A model generated the notes under the pieces. The model did not search any database, was not told where the DNA came from, and saw nothing but the letters and a program-made list of their open reading frames with translations. Made by a program: the position numbers and the translations under genes. From contig JAGOUY010000005.1 of assembly GCA_018061025.1 (NCBI GenBank), positions 11,377 through 75,376 on the forward strand: a stretch of DNA of 64,000 nucleotides, read 5' to 3'. Every line of letters begins with the position of its first letter. Within the stretch, counting starts at the first letter, position 1. Positions 17,860 through 26,642 of the stretch are shown one piece after another. Source of the stretch: Patescibacteria group bacterium (GTDB lineage: Bacteria; Patescibacteriota; Patescibacteriia; 2-12-FULL-60-25).

Positions 17860-18262
17860 GACCTAACCTGTGGTTCTGAGGGGTGTTCGCGTGCCTATCA
17901 CGCGAGGGCTTCCTCCTCTCTCACGCTATGCATGACGTAAGAGAGGCAAAGCTCTCGCTTTGACGAAGGCTGCGAAGCTGTTCCTCTGCGGGCGGTAACA
18001 CAGAGATAGCAGAATGTGTCAGAGGAGAATGAGCGCATTCATCCGTGACCAGAAGAGGCGCGCGCTAGAACGTTCGAGCCGGAGCCAGAACGTGGGAATC
18101 TTACAGGTCGTAAAACGTATTCTTTCCTGTAGATCTCCTTGCCGATGCGAACCTCACCTGTAGACTATGGCCGAATGGGAAGCGTGACAAAAAAAGCGTT
18201 AGCGAGCGCTGACAGGTTTTTTCATCTGCAATCTTCTACCTTGTTATTGCTGTGAGGTTTTA

Positions 18263-19570
18263 TTATTTTATTTGTGCATGTGTGATAACAGCCTTCTCCG
18301 CTGTTTGCAGGCTGTGGATAATTTTATGGAGCATCCAGATGATGAGATACGCGACGATGAGCCATGCAAGTGGGAGATATGTCTTATCTAAATAGCCGAA
18401 TTTTATTCTTTCTGGCCAACGGGCAATTGCTAAAATTGCCCATAGACATCCGGATGCAGGCAAAGTTATTATCTGACACCAAACGGAAGCAGTTGGTATG
18501 ACAAGCGCGAGTGCACCGAGACCCATCGTCCAAGGGATGAGGGGGAGGACAATGAGACCGGTCGGTAATCCCCACAACGTAAAAGAGCCGAAGGCCCAAG
18601 CACCGTAGGGTGTCGTTAATATCGTAGCAGCGAGAGTGGATGTTACTATTTCGCGCAGCATCTCTGAAGATATATATTTTGTGAGGACGGTATCTATCAG
18701 ACGACCGTAGGTGAGTAGGCCGGTCATCGCAAGAAATGAGAGCGCGAAGGAAGCGTCAAAGAAGAGTGCCCAGGGGTGCCAGAGGGTAAAGCCGAGGGCG
18801 GAGATGAGCAGGAGACGGCTGGGACGGATGAGACGACCGGCCAGCGGGGCGAATTGCACCAGAATCCCCATGATGGCGGCGCGTACGACGGCGGCAGAGG
18901 CCCCGACAAAGACAGTGAAGAGGATGACGCCGATGACCATGCCGATAAAACTTTGACGACGTGAGAGATGGAAGAGCGCCAGACAACGGGCAACGACTAC
19001 GACGATGATCGTCATGTTGGAACCGGAGACGGCGATGATATGGGTGAGACCGGCGTGACGGAAGGCGGTCTTAGCGGCTTTGGATAAATTGCGGTCGCCG
19101 TAGAGGATGCCTGTGATGAGGGCGGCTTCGTCCGGGACAAAGCGCTCGCGGGCACGCTGGGTCAGACTTTTATGAAGACGTGTCAGCCAGTAGCGTGGAT
19201 CGAAGCGGTTGGAAATGTAACCCGGAGCGTTACTCGTCGCGAAGCCCTTTGGATCCGCGAAGATGAGGCCGCGTGGAAGAGAAGGTTGCGCGAGAGAGAA
19301 GCGATAGACCCCTAACAAGACAAAACAGATGATGAGACAAATTCTGGAAATGTAATTGAGGGTCACGTCTGATCCTGTTTCCTTATAGAGGACCAATCCG
19401 ACTCCCCCACTTATACTTATAGCAATGAGGAGCCAGAGCTGTGGGATGGGAATATACGGACGGATACTATGCAGCGCGATGCCCGCGAGGAAAGCGGCAG
19501 CGAAGTGACCGGCGTGGTGGGCGAAGGACATACAACACACCCCGTTCCATGGAACAGGGTGTGTTGTCAA
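18263..19570 (-). CDS. comEC: ComEC/Rec2 family competence channel protein
   Basis: Polytopic membrane protein with GLTHIIAVSGSNMTIIV (competence-domain signature). The true start may be the internal MSFAHHAG. Confidence 0.8.
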   Translation of the reverse strand: MTTHPVPWNGVCCMSFAHHAGHFAAAFLAGIALHSIRPYIPIPQLWLLIAISISGGVGLVLYKETGSDVTLNYISRICLIICFVLLGVYRFSLAQPSLPRGLIFADPKGFATSNAPGYISNRFDPRYWLTRLHKSLTQRARERFVPDEAALITGILYGDRNLSKAAKTAFRHAGLTHIIAVSGSNMTIIVVVVARCLALFHLSRRQSFIGMVIGVILFTVFVGASAAVVRAAIMGILVQFAPLAGRLIRPSRLLLISALGFTLWHPWALFFDASFALSFLAMTGLLTYGRLIDTVLTKYISSEMLREIVTSTLAATILTTPYGAWAFGSFTLWGLPTGLIVLPLIPWTMGLGALALVIPTASVWCQIITLPASGCLWAILAIARWPERIKFGYLDKTYLPLAWLIVAYLIIWMLHKIIHSLQTAEKAVITHAQIK

Positions 19571-19588
19571 CGGTTTTTAGATATTTTT

Positions 19589-20671
19589 TTAGGCACCGAT
19601 ACGGAAATAGCAGACGTCGCCGTCTTTGACGATATAGTCTTTGCCTTCGACGCGGGTTAGGGCTTTGGCGCGGCAGGCAGCCTCTCCGCCATTGTCGACG
19701 TAGTCTTTCCAGGGTGTGATTTCGACACGGATGAAATTCTTTTCGAAGTCAGAGTGGATTTTTCCGGCAGCAACAGGGGCTTTACTCCCCTCTTTGACGG
19801 TCCAGGCGCGGGTTTCTTGGACACCGCTTGTGAGAAAGGTGATGAGACCGAGTAAGCGATAGGCTTCTTGGATGAGACGATCGAGGCCGGATTGGGTTTG
19901 GCCCGCGAGTTCCAAATACTCTTTCTTCTCTTCGGGGCCCATGGAGGAAAGATCGGCTTCCATTTTGATACAGACGGGTACGAGCATCCCCTTCAAGCCT
20001 TCGACACGTGCTTTCCATGATCCGTCTGCAAGCTGCGCTTCGTTGACGTTCACGACGTAGAGCATGGGCTTGAGCGTGAGCGGATTGAGTTGACGCAAAA
20101 CAATTAATTCATCCTCTGTCCATTCAAGATCGCGGAGCATGACGCCTTTATTTAAACTCTCGACGGCTTTTTTGAGGACGGTGATTTCGAGTTCGAGGGG
20201 CTTGGTCATGCCACTACGTGATTGTTTTTCGGCGTTCTGGAGACGCTTCCCGACACTCTCGACGTCAGTGAGCGCAAGCTCGGTGTTGATGGTATCCGCA
20301 TCGCGAACAGGATTCACGGAACCATCTACATGTAAGATATTGGTGTCATCAAAGGCACGCACGACTTGAGCGATGGCGTCGGTTTCGCGAATATTGGTCA
20401 AAAATTTGTTGCCTAAACCTTGACCTTCGGAAGCGCCTTTGACCAACCCTGCAATATCCACGAACTCGATGACGGTTGGGACGATGCGCACGGTTTTATC
20501 GACGGCTCCCAAGAGGGCGAGACGTTCATCTGGCACCTCAACCACGCCGACGTTGGGGTCGATGGTACAAAAGGGGTAGTTGGCACAATCAACCTGTTTT
20601 TTGGTGATGGCCGAAAAAAGCGTAGATTTACCTACGTTTGGGAGGCCAACAATACCGATTTGGAGAGACAT
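19589..20671 (-). CDS. ychF: ribosome-binding ATPase YchF
   Basis: Start re-set to MSLQIGIVGLPNVGKSTLF (ATG 20671-20669). The track ORF extends 130 codons further upstream through junk that overlaps tig. Confidence 0.9.
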   Translation of the reverse strand: MSLQIGIVGLPNVGKSTLFSAITKKQVDCANYPFCTIDPNVGVVEVPDERLALLGAVDKTVRIVPTVIEFVDIAGLVKGASEGQGLGNKFLTNIRETDAIAQVVRAFDDTNILHVDGSVNPVRDADTINTELALTDVESVGKRLQNAEKQSRSGMTKPLELEITVLKKAVESLNKGVMLRDLEWTEDELIVLRQLNPLTLKPMLYVVNVNEAQLADGSWKARVEGLKGMLVPVCIKMEADLSSMGPEEKKEYLELAGQTQSGLDRLIQEAYRLLGLITFLTSGVQETRAWTVKEGSKAPVAAGKIHSDFEKNFIRVEITPWKDYVDNGGEAACRAKALTRVEGKDYIVKDGDVCYFRIGA

Positions 20672-20767
20672 ATTGATGTGGGCGCATGGTAAGGGGTTTT
20701 GGCGATGTGGGCAAGGGGGCGAACAATTGACGGATGAGCGGTTTTTTCGTACCCTCCGTCTACTATT

Positions 20768-22066
20768 ATGCCTACGATTCAAAAGACGGATTTGCCTAAA
20801 TCCCAAGTGAAACTCGAATTTGAAGTTGGGTACGAAGAAGTGCGTGCCTATTTGGAAGAAGCCGCGCGTGAAATGAGCACGGCTCGTCCGTTGCCAGGGT
20901 TTCGCCCTGGAAAAGCCAGTTTTGATGAGGTGAAGCGTGCCTATGGCGAGATGTCGTTGTTGCAAGCATCTTTGGAACGGATTGTGCGCGCCTTTTATGC
21001 CAAAGCGATTTTGAACGAATCGTTGGATGTGGTTGGATCTCCTGACATTCAAGTAGATCAATTAACACCTGGCCAACCGATTAAGTTTACGGTGACGGCT
21101 CCGATTGAACCAAAAGCGCTTGAATTGCCTGATCTTAAGAAGTGCTCGGTGGAACAAACAACGAAAGAAGTTGGGGAAAAAGACGTCAACGAGGCGATCG
21201 AAGAGATGCGCAAGATGCGTCGCCAAGAAGTGCGCGCGGAACGCGAGGCCACGCTTGAGGATTTGGTTGTGATTGATGTTTCGATGTTGAAAGATGGTGT
21301 GGTTGTAGATGGCGGAACGGGACGCGACTACCGTATCTACATGAACGAGCAGAATTATATCCCTGGTTTTACGGAAAAGCTGCTCGGGATTAAAGCCGGT
21401 GAAGAACGTAGCTTTACCCTCCCCTTCCCTACGGAACATTACCAAAAGCATTTGGCCGGAAAAGAGATTGATTTTACAGCAAAAGCAACCGGTGTATTTG
21501 AGATGCAGCTTCCCCCTGTTGATGATGCGTTTGCTCAAGGCGTTGGTTTGAAAGATATGGAGGAATTGCGGGGCAAGCTAAAAGAGAATTTGCAGGTAGA
21601 AGAAAAGCGCCGTCGCGAAGAAGTAAGTGAACTTGCCTTGTTAGAAAAATTGGTGGACGCAACCAAGTTTACGGAAGTACCGGAAGTTTTAGTCACGGAC
21701 GAAACACGTCGCATGATGGATGAATTGCAACATGGCGTGGAAGAACAAGGGATGAAGTGGGAAGACTACTTATCCTCGATTAAGAAAACGCGCGATGAAT
21801 TGCGTTTAGACATGACCACGCAAGCGATTCGTCGGATTAAGACGGCGGTGCTTGTCAAAGCATTTGCGAAACAGCAACAAGTGGCGATTAGTGAAGATGA
21901 ACTCGATAAAGAAACAGACGATATCTTGGCGCGCATCCGCGAGAACGATAAAGAGACGCGCGAACGGATTGCTTCGCCTGACTATCGACAATATATTGCG
22001 ATCCAGTTGCGGAATCGGAAGACATTGGAATGGTTGAAGCAGGAATGCGTGAAGGAGAAGAAGTAG
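20768..22066 (+). CDS. tig: trigger factor
   Basis: 432 aa. N-terminal ribosome-binding domain (..LPGFRPGKA..), a central PPIase-like region and a helical C-terminus. Confidence 0.85.
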   Translation: MPTIQKTDLPKSQVKLEFEVGYEEVRAYLEEAAREMSTARPLPGFRPGKASFDEVKRAYGEMSLLQASLERIVRAFYAKAILNESLDVVGSPDIQVDQLTPGQPIKFTVTAPIEPKALELPDLKKCSVEQTTKEVGEKDVNEAIEEMRKMRRQEVRAEREATLEDLVVIDVSMLKDGVVVDGGTGRDYRIYMNEQNYIPGFTEKLLGIKAGEERSFTLPFPTEHYQKHLAGKEIDFTAKATGVFEMQLPPVDDAFAQGVGLKDMEELRGKLKENLQVEEKRRREEVSELALLEKLVDATKFTEVPEVLVTDETRRMMDELQHGVEEQGMKWEDYLSSIKKTRDELRLDMTTQAIRRIKTAVLVKAFAKQQQVAISEDELDKETDDILARIRENDKETRERIASPDYRQYIAIQLRNRKTLEWLKQECVKEKK

Positions 22067-22090
22067 GTCAGAGGTGTTCTGCCAGTATTC

Positions 22091-22160
22091 CGTCATCCCG
22101 ACACGTCGCTCGCGAGCGACGTGTCCCGAACGGAGTCATACGGAGTGAGGGATCCCGTAG
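22091..22160. repeat. REP-like repeat carrying a nested 26-bp palindrome
   Basis: Same family as 41333-41379 and 42989-43035. It is interrupted after CGTCATCCCG by GACACGTCGCTCGCGAGCGACGTGTC (22100-22125), with CCCG on both sides. Confidence 0.8.
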
Positions 22161-22290
22161 CGGAACAGGTATCCTCATAGAATTACGTGAACACCACCCC
22201 ATTATAGGGTGGTGTTGACTTTTTGTGTCAAAATGCTTAAGGTTTTTCGTCGCCTCAGATAGCCTGAGGGTGGCACACTACGGAGGTAGC

Positions 22291-23193
22291 ATGATGGGTA
22301 AAATGGAGTTGATGGATTTGCCGGAGGACACCTTGGATGCGATCGAACTGATCGTGGCCAAGGCTATGGCCAAACGGCTGGCCGAGGCACCGGATCGGCG
22401 CAAGCGGGGCATGAGGCTCGTCAATAGCCCCAAGCCGGTCTTTACGGAATTCCAGCTCGGCGAGGGCATCCCCGATGCGTGCTGCGAGCATGAGATGGCA
22501 ATCCAGGTCTACCGCGGGGGGAAGAAGCAGTTCCTGAAGCTCACGCTCGGGGTCGCTCCCTACATGCGGGCCTGGTCCCAGTTCCCGGCCTTCCGGGAAG
22601 TGATGGGGGTGCTCGCACGCCTCAACCTCACGATGGCGCAGGTCGAGGACCTTCTCCCCCAGATCTTCGAATGCACCTTCGGCAGCTGCCTGGTGCTCGA
22701 GGTTACGTGTCGGGGGACGACGTACGTGCTCATGGGCGTACGGACGGAGGCCACGGCTGGCAACTGCTCCGATAGCAAGTGGTGCATGCCGCCGGGCGGC
22801 AACTGCGAGGTCAGGCAGGATCCCTTCGATGCCGCGGAAGAGGAGTGTGGGGATGAGACCCGTGGACTCGACTTGCGCGGCAAGGTGAAGATTCACCGCG
22901 TCGCGGGATGCGGACTGTTCGCGGATGAACCCCACTCGACGTTCGCGGTCCTCGGTGAGATGGAGGTCGACGCGCTGCCGGTGGTGACGGGCAACTGGGA
23001 GTGGGGCGGCGGCAAGCGGATGGTGTTCGTGCCGCGTGAGGAGGTCTTCAACGACCTGCGCGGCGATAACACCGGGCTCGTCCGAGCCTTCAACAACGCG
23101 GGCGTGACCGTAACGCCCAACCTCCGCATCGCGACCGACGTCGCGGTGGCCATGACCGAGCTGTACCACGGGCTCAAGCTCATCGCGCCCTGA
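22291..23193 (+). CDS. GC-rich hypothetical protein with degenerate Nudix-like segment (300 aa)
   Basis: Start taken at MMGKMEL, after GGAGG. KWCMPPGGNCEVRQDPFDAAEEECGDETRGL loosely aligns to the Nudix box GGG.E.GE....AA.RE..EE.GL, but the catalytic RE..EE is missing. Confidence 0.5.
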   Translation: MMGKMELMDLPEDTLDAIELIVAKAMAKRLAEAPDRRKRGMRLVNSPKPVFTEFQLGEGIPDACCEHEMAIQVYRGGKKQFLKLTLGVAPYMRAWSQFPAFREVMGVLARLNLTMAQVEDLLPQIFECTFGSCLVLEVTCRGTTYVLMGVRTEATAGNCSDSKWCMPPGGNCEVRQDPFDAAEEECGDETRGLDLRGKVKIHRVAGCGLFADEPHSTFAVLGEMEVDALPVVTGNWEWGGGKRMVFVPREEVFNDLRGDNTGLVRAFNNAGVTVTPNLRIATDVAVAMTELYHGLKLIAP

Positions 23194-23500
23194 ACTACGC
23201 ACCTTCACTTCTTTCGCTCCCTTTCGGGACTCTCATCCCTTCTTTCTTTGCTAACGATTCATCTCGTTGTCGAAGAAAGGAGGGATGTTTTGTTTTTGAC
23301 AGGAATTTTCTTATCGCTTAAGGTCTTCTCATATGGTGCGCAAGACGACGCGGGCAACGACGACCAACCTCAGCCAGTAGGTGGTGTTTGCGTGCGCGTG
23401 AACGACCATCTTCTTATAAGGCGGTCGTTTTTGTTTGAGTGTTGGCGCTTCTTTCTGTTTACAAGGGAGGCGCGGGCACTGAAGCCCGAGAGGAGGAGCG

Positions 23501-23857
23501 ATGACAAAACTATATTTGTCGGATGATGAAGCGCACGCTCTCTGGTGGCGCATTATGCTGCTTAGCGCCGAGGATAATGACGTACCTGATGACGATGAGG
23601 CTCAACTCGTGGCTGACACGGAGAGAGATCTTAATTCGATCCTTCTTAGCTGGATGCATAATCACGAGGCCGGCAACCCGGAGGAACTGGTGGCGGCGTT
23701 TCCTAAATTTTCTTCCCCGAACCTTCTGCTCGCGCGCTATATTCGTTTCCTGGCTACGTCCGTTATGGAAACTCCGATCGATATTACTTTCTCCCTAAAA
23801 GGACGGGTGTATCGCTTGCTGCTTGAACTCGCCGATACGTATAAACTCCCTGGGTAG
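23501..23857 (+). CDS. hypothetical protein (118 aa)
   Basis: Track ORF with an acidic N-terminus. No family recognised. Confidence 0.45.
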   Translation: MTKLYLSDDEAHALWWRIMLLSAEDNDVPDDDEAQLVADTERDLNSILLSWMHNHEAGNPEELVAAFPKFSSPNLLLARYIRFLATSVMETPIDITFSLKGRVYRLLLELADTYKLPG

Positions 23858-23948
23858 TTCTTTTCCTCTCTCCCTCTTCCTTCACGCATCTGGACTCCCC
23901 TTTTGCGTGTTTTTGTTATTTTCCTTAGATCTGCTATCGTCTTTGCAT

Positions 23949-24776
23949 ATGTATTTTGGTTGTCATGTGTCCGTAGCCGGTGGATTGCAAAATGCTCCGA
24001 CGAATGCGGCGGCATTAGGATGCGAGGTGTTTCAGTTTTTTTCGCGTTCACCGCAGGGTGGACCGGCACCTAAGATTACGCCGGAGATGGCAGATGCGTT
24101 TGCGCAGAACTGCAAAGATGGGGGCTTTAAAGAATGGGTGATCCACACTCCCTACTATATTAATTTTGCGAGTGAGCTTGAGAAGACGCGGGGGAATTCG
24201 ATTCGGATTGTGCGCGAGGAATTGGAACGTGCGACTCTCCTTGGAGCGAAATATGTGATGTTTCATCCAGGGAGCGCGGGTAAAGGAGATCGCGATCAGG
24301 CTTTGAAATGGACGATTGAAGGGGTGAAGAAAATCTATGACGGATATAAAGGCGAAGCGACCCTTCTCTTAGAGATATCAGCGGGAGCGGGCGCTGTGAT
24401 TGGTGCTTCATTTGAAGAAGTAGCATTGATTTTGGATGGTGTTGACCACCCGGAGATGGGGGTGTGTTTTGATACGGCGCATGCGTTTGCGAGTGGGTAT
24501 GATTTGCGCACGAAGGAAGAAGTCGATAAGACGTTTAATTTATTTGATGAGGTGATTGGATTGAAACGGTTAAAGATGAGTCATTGCAATGACTCCAAAG
24601 TAGAGCTTGGGGCGCGTAAAGATCGCCATGAACATTTAGGCAAAGGCTTTATTGGCGTGGATGGATTTGAAGCCATGATTACGCATCCAAAATTGCAGCA
24701 CATGAACTTCTATCTAGAGACAGAGCATGATGCGGTCGAGGAGGATTTGAAGATTTTGAAAAAGTTGAGGGGGTAG
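23949..24776 (+). CDS. nfo: endonuclease IV (AP endonuclease family 2)
   Basis: Start re-set to MYFGCHVSVAGG. Motifs HTPYYINFAS, MFHPGS, LLEISAG and CFDTAHAFASGYD. Confidence 0.9.
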   Translation: MYFGCHVSVAGGLQNAPTNAAALGCEVFQFFSRSPQGGPAPKITPEMADAFAQNCKDGGFKEWVIHTPYYINFASELEKTRGNSIRIVREELERATLLGAKYVMFHPGSAGKGDRDQALKWTIEGVKKIYDGYKGEATLLLEISAGAGAVIGASFEEVALILDGVDHPEMGVCFDTAHAFASGYDLRTKEEVDKTFNLFDEVIGLKRLKMSHCNDSKVELGARKDRHEHLGKGFIGVDGFEAMITHPKLQHMNFYLETEHDAVEEDLKILKKLRG

Positions 24777-24797
24777 GAGAACGAATACTTCCTACAT

Positions 24798-25055
24798 ATG
24801 TATCATTTATCCGTTGTTGTTGTTCCAAACGCGAGTAAGACGGAGATCGTGGGGTGGCAGGAGGGAGCTTTGAAGATTCGATTGGCGGCTCCGCCGGTGG
24901 ATGGAAAAGCGAATGAGGAACTATGTCATTTTTTGGCAAAAACACTTGGGATCGCTCCTTCACTTGTTGAGATCGAGAAAGGGATGGCAGGGAAAAAGAA
25001 ACGGGTTTCTTTGCCGATGTCGGAAGAAGATGTAAAAAATGGTTTGGGGGTATAA
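24798..25055 (+). CDS. yggU: DUF167/YggU family protein
   Basis: KIRLAAPPVDGKANEELCHFLAKTLGIAPSLVEIEKGMAGKKKRV is the typical YggU pattern. Confidence 0.8.
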   Translation: MYHLSVVVVPNASKTEIVGWQEGALKIRLAAPPVDGKANEELCHFLAKTLGIAPSLVEIEKGMAGKKKRVSLPMSEEDVKNGLGV

Positions 25056-25112
25056 AAAAGAAGCGTCCGCTGCCTCAGAGTGAGGAGGGACGAGGTGGGA
25101 AGGAGAGGTTGA

Positions 25113-25352
25113 CTAGTTGGCCGGGTTTTTTGAAGTGCGAGCGACGGGAGGCTCGGGCGGGGGTGCGGCGAAGCGTGCGCTGTCGAGCGCTACGACGTCG
25201 GGGTCTCGCCTGTACGCCGCGAGACGCTCGTCGACAGCGACGAGTAGATCTTTCCCCGTGGCAGAGGGATGATCGGCGTGTACGGAGACCAGTGCGAGTC
25301 CTCTTAGATGTTGTCCCATGCGGAACTTCCTCCTGCCCGTATTGTGCATCAT
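25113..25352 (-). CDS. GC-rich 79-aa ORF translationally coupled to yidD
   Basis: Its ATGATG start overlaps the yidD TGA stop (AAATGATG on the minus strand). The + strand alternative is Arg-rich junk. No family recognised. Confidence 0.4.
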   Translation of the reverse strand: MMHNTGRRKFRMGQHLRGLALVSVHADHPSATGKDLLVAVDERLAAYRRDPDVVALDSARFAAPPPEPPVARTSKNPAN

Positions 25353-25606
25353 TTATATTTTTTTACAAGTTTTTTCGGGATAGGATCGATTCCTCCCAAG
25401 GTCCAAGGATGACAACGTAAGATGCGCTTTATAGCAATATACACCCCTTTGAACATGCCGAAACGACCAATGGCGTCGTAGGCGTATTGGGAGCAGGTGG
25501 GGTGGAATTTGCATCTTGGTTGGGTCGTGAAACGACGAAGAGGCCCATGATCTAAAGACAGGGTGTTTTGATACAAACGTATCAGGCATTGAAAAAAGTG
25601 GTACAT
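25349..25606 (-). CDS. yidD: membrane protein insertion efficiency factor YidD
   Basis: CKFHPTCSQYAYDAIGRFG...RILRCHPW is the canonical YidD sequence. Confidence 0.92.
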   Translation of the reverse strand: MYHFFQCLIRLYQNTLSLDHGPLRRFTTQPRCKFHPTCSQYAYDAIGRFGMFKGVYIAIKRILRCHPWTLGGIDPIPKKLVKKYK

Positions 25607-25614
25607 ATTTTCCC

Positions 25615-25639
25615 GTCATTCCCGCGAAGGCGGGAACCC
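25615..25639. repeat. 25-nt hairpin repeat GTCATTCCCGCGAAGGCGGGAACCC; exact inverted copy at 55162-55186
   Basis: TTCCCGC gaag GCGGGAA hairpin. The reverse complement occurs exactly at 55162-55186. Confidence 0.85.
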
Positions 25640-25667
25640 AGCCTCGATCGGCCGGATCGATAAATGG

Positions 25668-25860
25668 TTGGATTGTGATATATAGGCGATGGGCCAGTCA
25701 GTATGCGAACTTTTTTCGTTACGCCCCTCGCATTCCGCCGGGAGCTCTTTGTGGCGGACCGGAGCCGAAACCTGCAGTCCGCAATCATGTGCAACGGTTT
25801 CGTCTCCTTGCTCAAACACGCGTAACGAAAAAAGTTCGCATACTGACTGGCCCTAGATGG
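25668..25860 (+). ncRNA. hairpin element copy 1 (conserved flanks, 34-bp perfect closing stem, 95-nt three-way-junction core)
   Basis: 5' flank is TTGGATTGTGATATATAGGCGAT. Stem 25691-25724 pairs perfectly with 25820-25853. 3' flank is TAGATGG. The core is homologous to copies 2 and 3, with compensatory changes. Confidence 0.6.
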
Positions 25861-25898
25861 TGTGAGGTGGGGAGGGATCGGGCTTCACGTTACGAGAT

Positions 25899-26279
25899 TT
25901 ACGCCTGCCCCTTATATACAACTGACGTTTTTCGTCTTGCCTTAGGGTTTTTGCGGGGAGTTGGGGGGGCTTTGAGGGCTTCGGGGATTTTTTCGAAGGC
26001 GCGTTTTACGGAGGCGACGAGGGTTTGGTATTCGGTGGTGGTGGCTTCGGGTTTGGCGATGAAGAGGACATCCATCTTTAGGGGCCAAAGAGGGCGGGTG
26101 AGGTGGAGGGCTTCACGGAGGCGGCGTTTGACGCGGTTGCGGGCGACGGCGGTTTTGAAAATTTTAGCGCTCGCGACAAAGCCGATTTTGGTGGCCTCTT
26201 GGCTCTGGCGGAAGCGGAGGGTAAAAAATGGGCCAAAAACAACGCGCCCCCTCTGAGAGAGGAGGGCGAAGTCGCGCAT
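25899..26279 (-). CDS. rnpA: ribonuclease P protein component
   Basis: Start re-set to MRDFALLSQRG (ATG 26279-26277). KTAVARNRVKRRLREAL is the RnpA RNR motif. The track ORF runs on upstream through rpmH. Confidence 0.85.
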   Translation of the reverse strand: MRDFALLSQRGRVVFGPFFTLRFRQSQEATKIGFVASAKIFKTAVARNRVKRRLREALHLTRPLWPLKMDVLFIAKPEATTTEYQTLVASVKRAFEKIPEALKAPPTPRKNPKARRKTSVVYKGQA

Positions 26280-26313
26280 GCGGCGCAGGCGATCAGTGCG
26301 TGGGAGCACGGGA

Positions 26314-26478
26314 TTAACGCTTGTTGACCTTGGCCGTTTTAATGGCGATGCGTTTGCGGCCTTTGGCGCGACGGCGAGAGAGAACTTCGCGACCGTCAGC
26401 CGTCTGCATGCGAGCACGAAAACCGTGAACGCGGGCGCGTCGGCGCTTTTTGGGCTGGTAGGTTCGTTTGGTAGCCAT
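26314..26478 (-). CDS. rpmH: 50S ribosomal protein L34
   Basis: Below the track threshold. Reads [54 protein letters not shown]. Confidence 0.95.
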   Translation of the reverse strand: MATKRTYQPKKRRRARVHGFRARMQTADGREVLSRRRAKGRKRIAIKTAKVNKR

Positions 26479-26557
26479 AAGAATGGGAGTACTCTAGGAT
26501 ATTTATTTGGTTTTGGCAAGGTCTCTCCCCGTAAAATCCCCATGGTTTTTGATAAGC

Positions 26558-26595
26558 TGTGGATAAACTGTTGGTTTTTCCACGGGTTATCCACA
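26558..26595. promoter_or_regulatory. DnaA boxes upstream of dnaA
   Basis: TGTGGATAA at 26558-26566 is the perfect reverse complement of TTATCCACA. TTTTCCACg is at 26576-84. TTATCCACA at 26587-26595 is a perfect match. Confidence 0.75.
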
Positions 26596-26642
26596 TGTTT
26601 GACAATGTGATGCAGGATTGAAAGTATCCAGCATATAAACCT

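Noticed and set aside
20672-21061. N-terminal 130-codon extension of the ychF track ORF
   Set aside because: It overlaps tig on the opposite strand and has a basic, junk-like composition. The canonical YchF start MSLQIGIVGLPNVGKS is internal.
22255-23208. 317-aa antisense ORF fully overlapping the 22291..23193 gene
   Set aside because: The composition is Arg/His/Pro-rich, and there is no upstream promoter or RBS. The sense gene has GGAGG-ATG and a downstream terminator. This remains formally unproven.
25675-26256. Track ORFs that read through the hairpin elements (25675..26256+, 25616..25819-, 34879..35172-, 34969..35256+, 41278..41655+, 41423..41629-)
   Set aside because: The reading frames are not conserved between copies, and the long arms differ completely. 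Substitutions are compensatory at the nucleotide level, which fits RNA or DNA structure rather than a protein.
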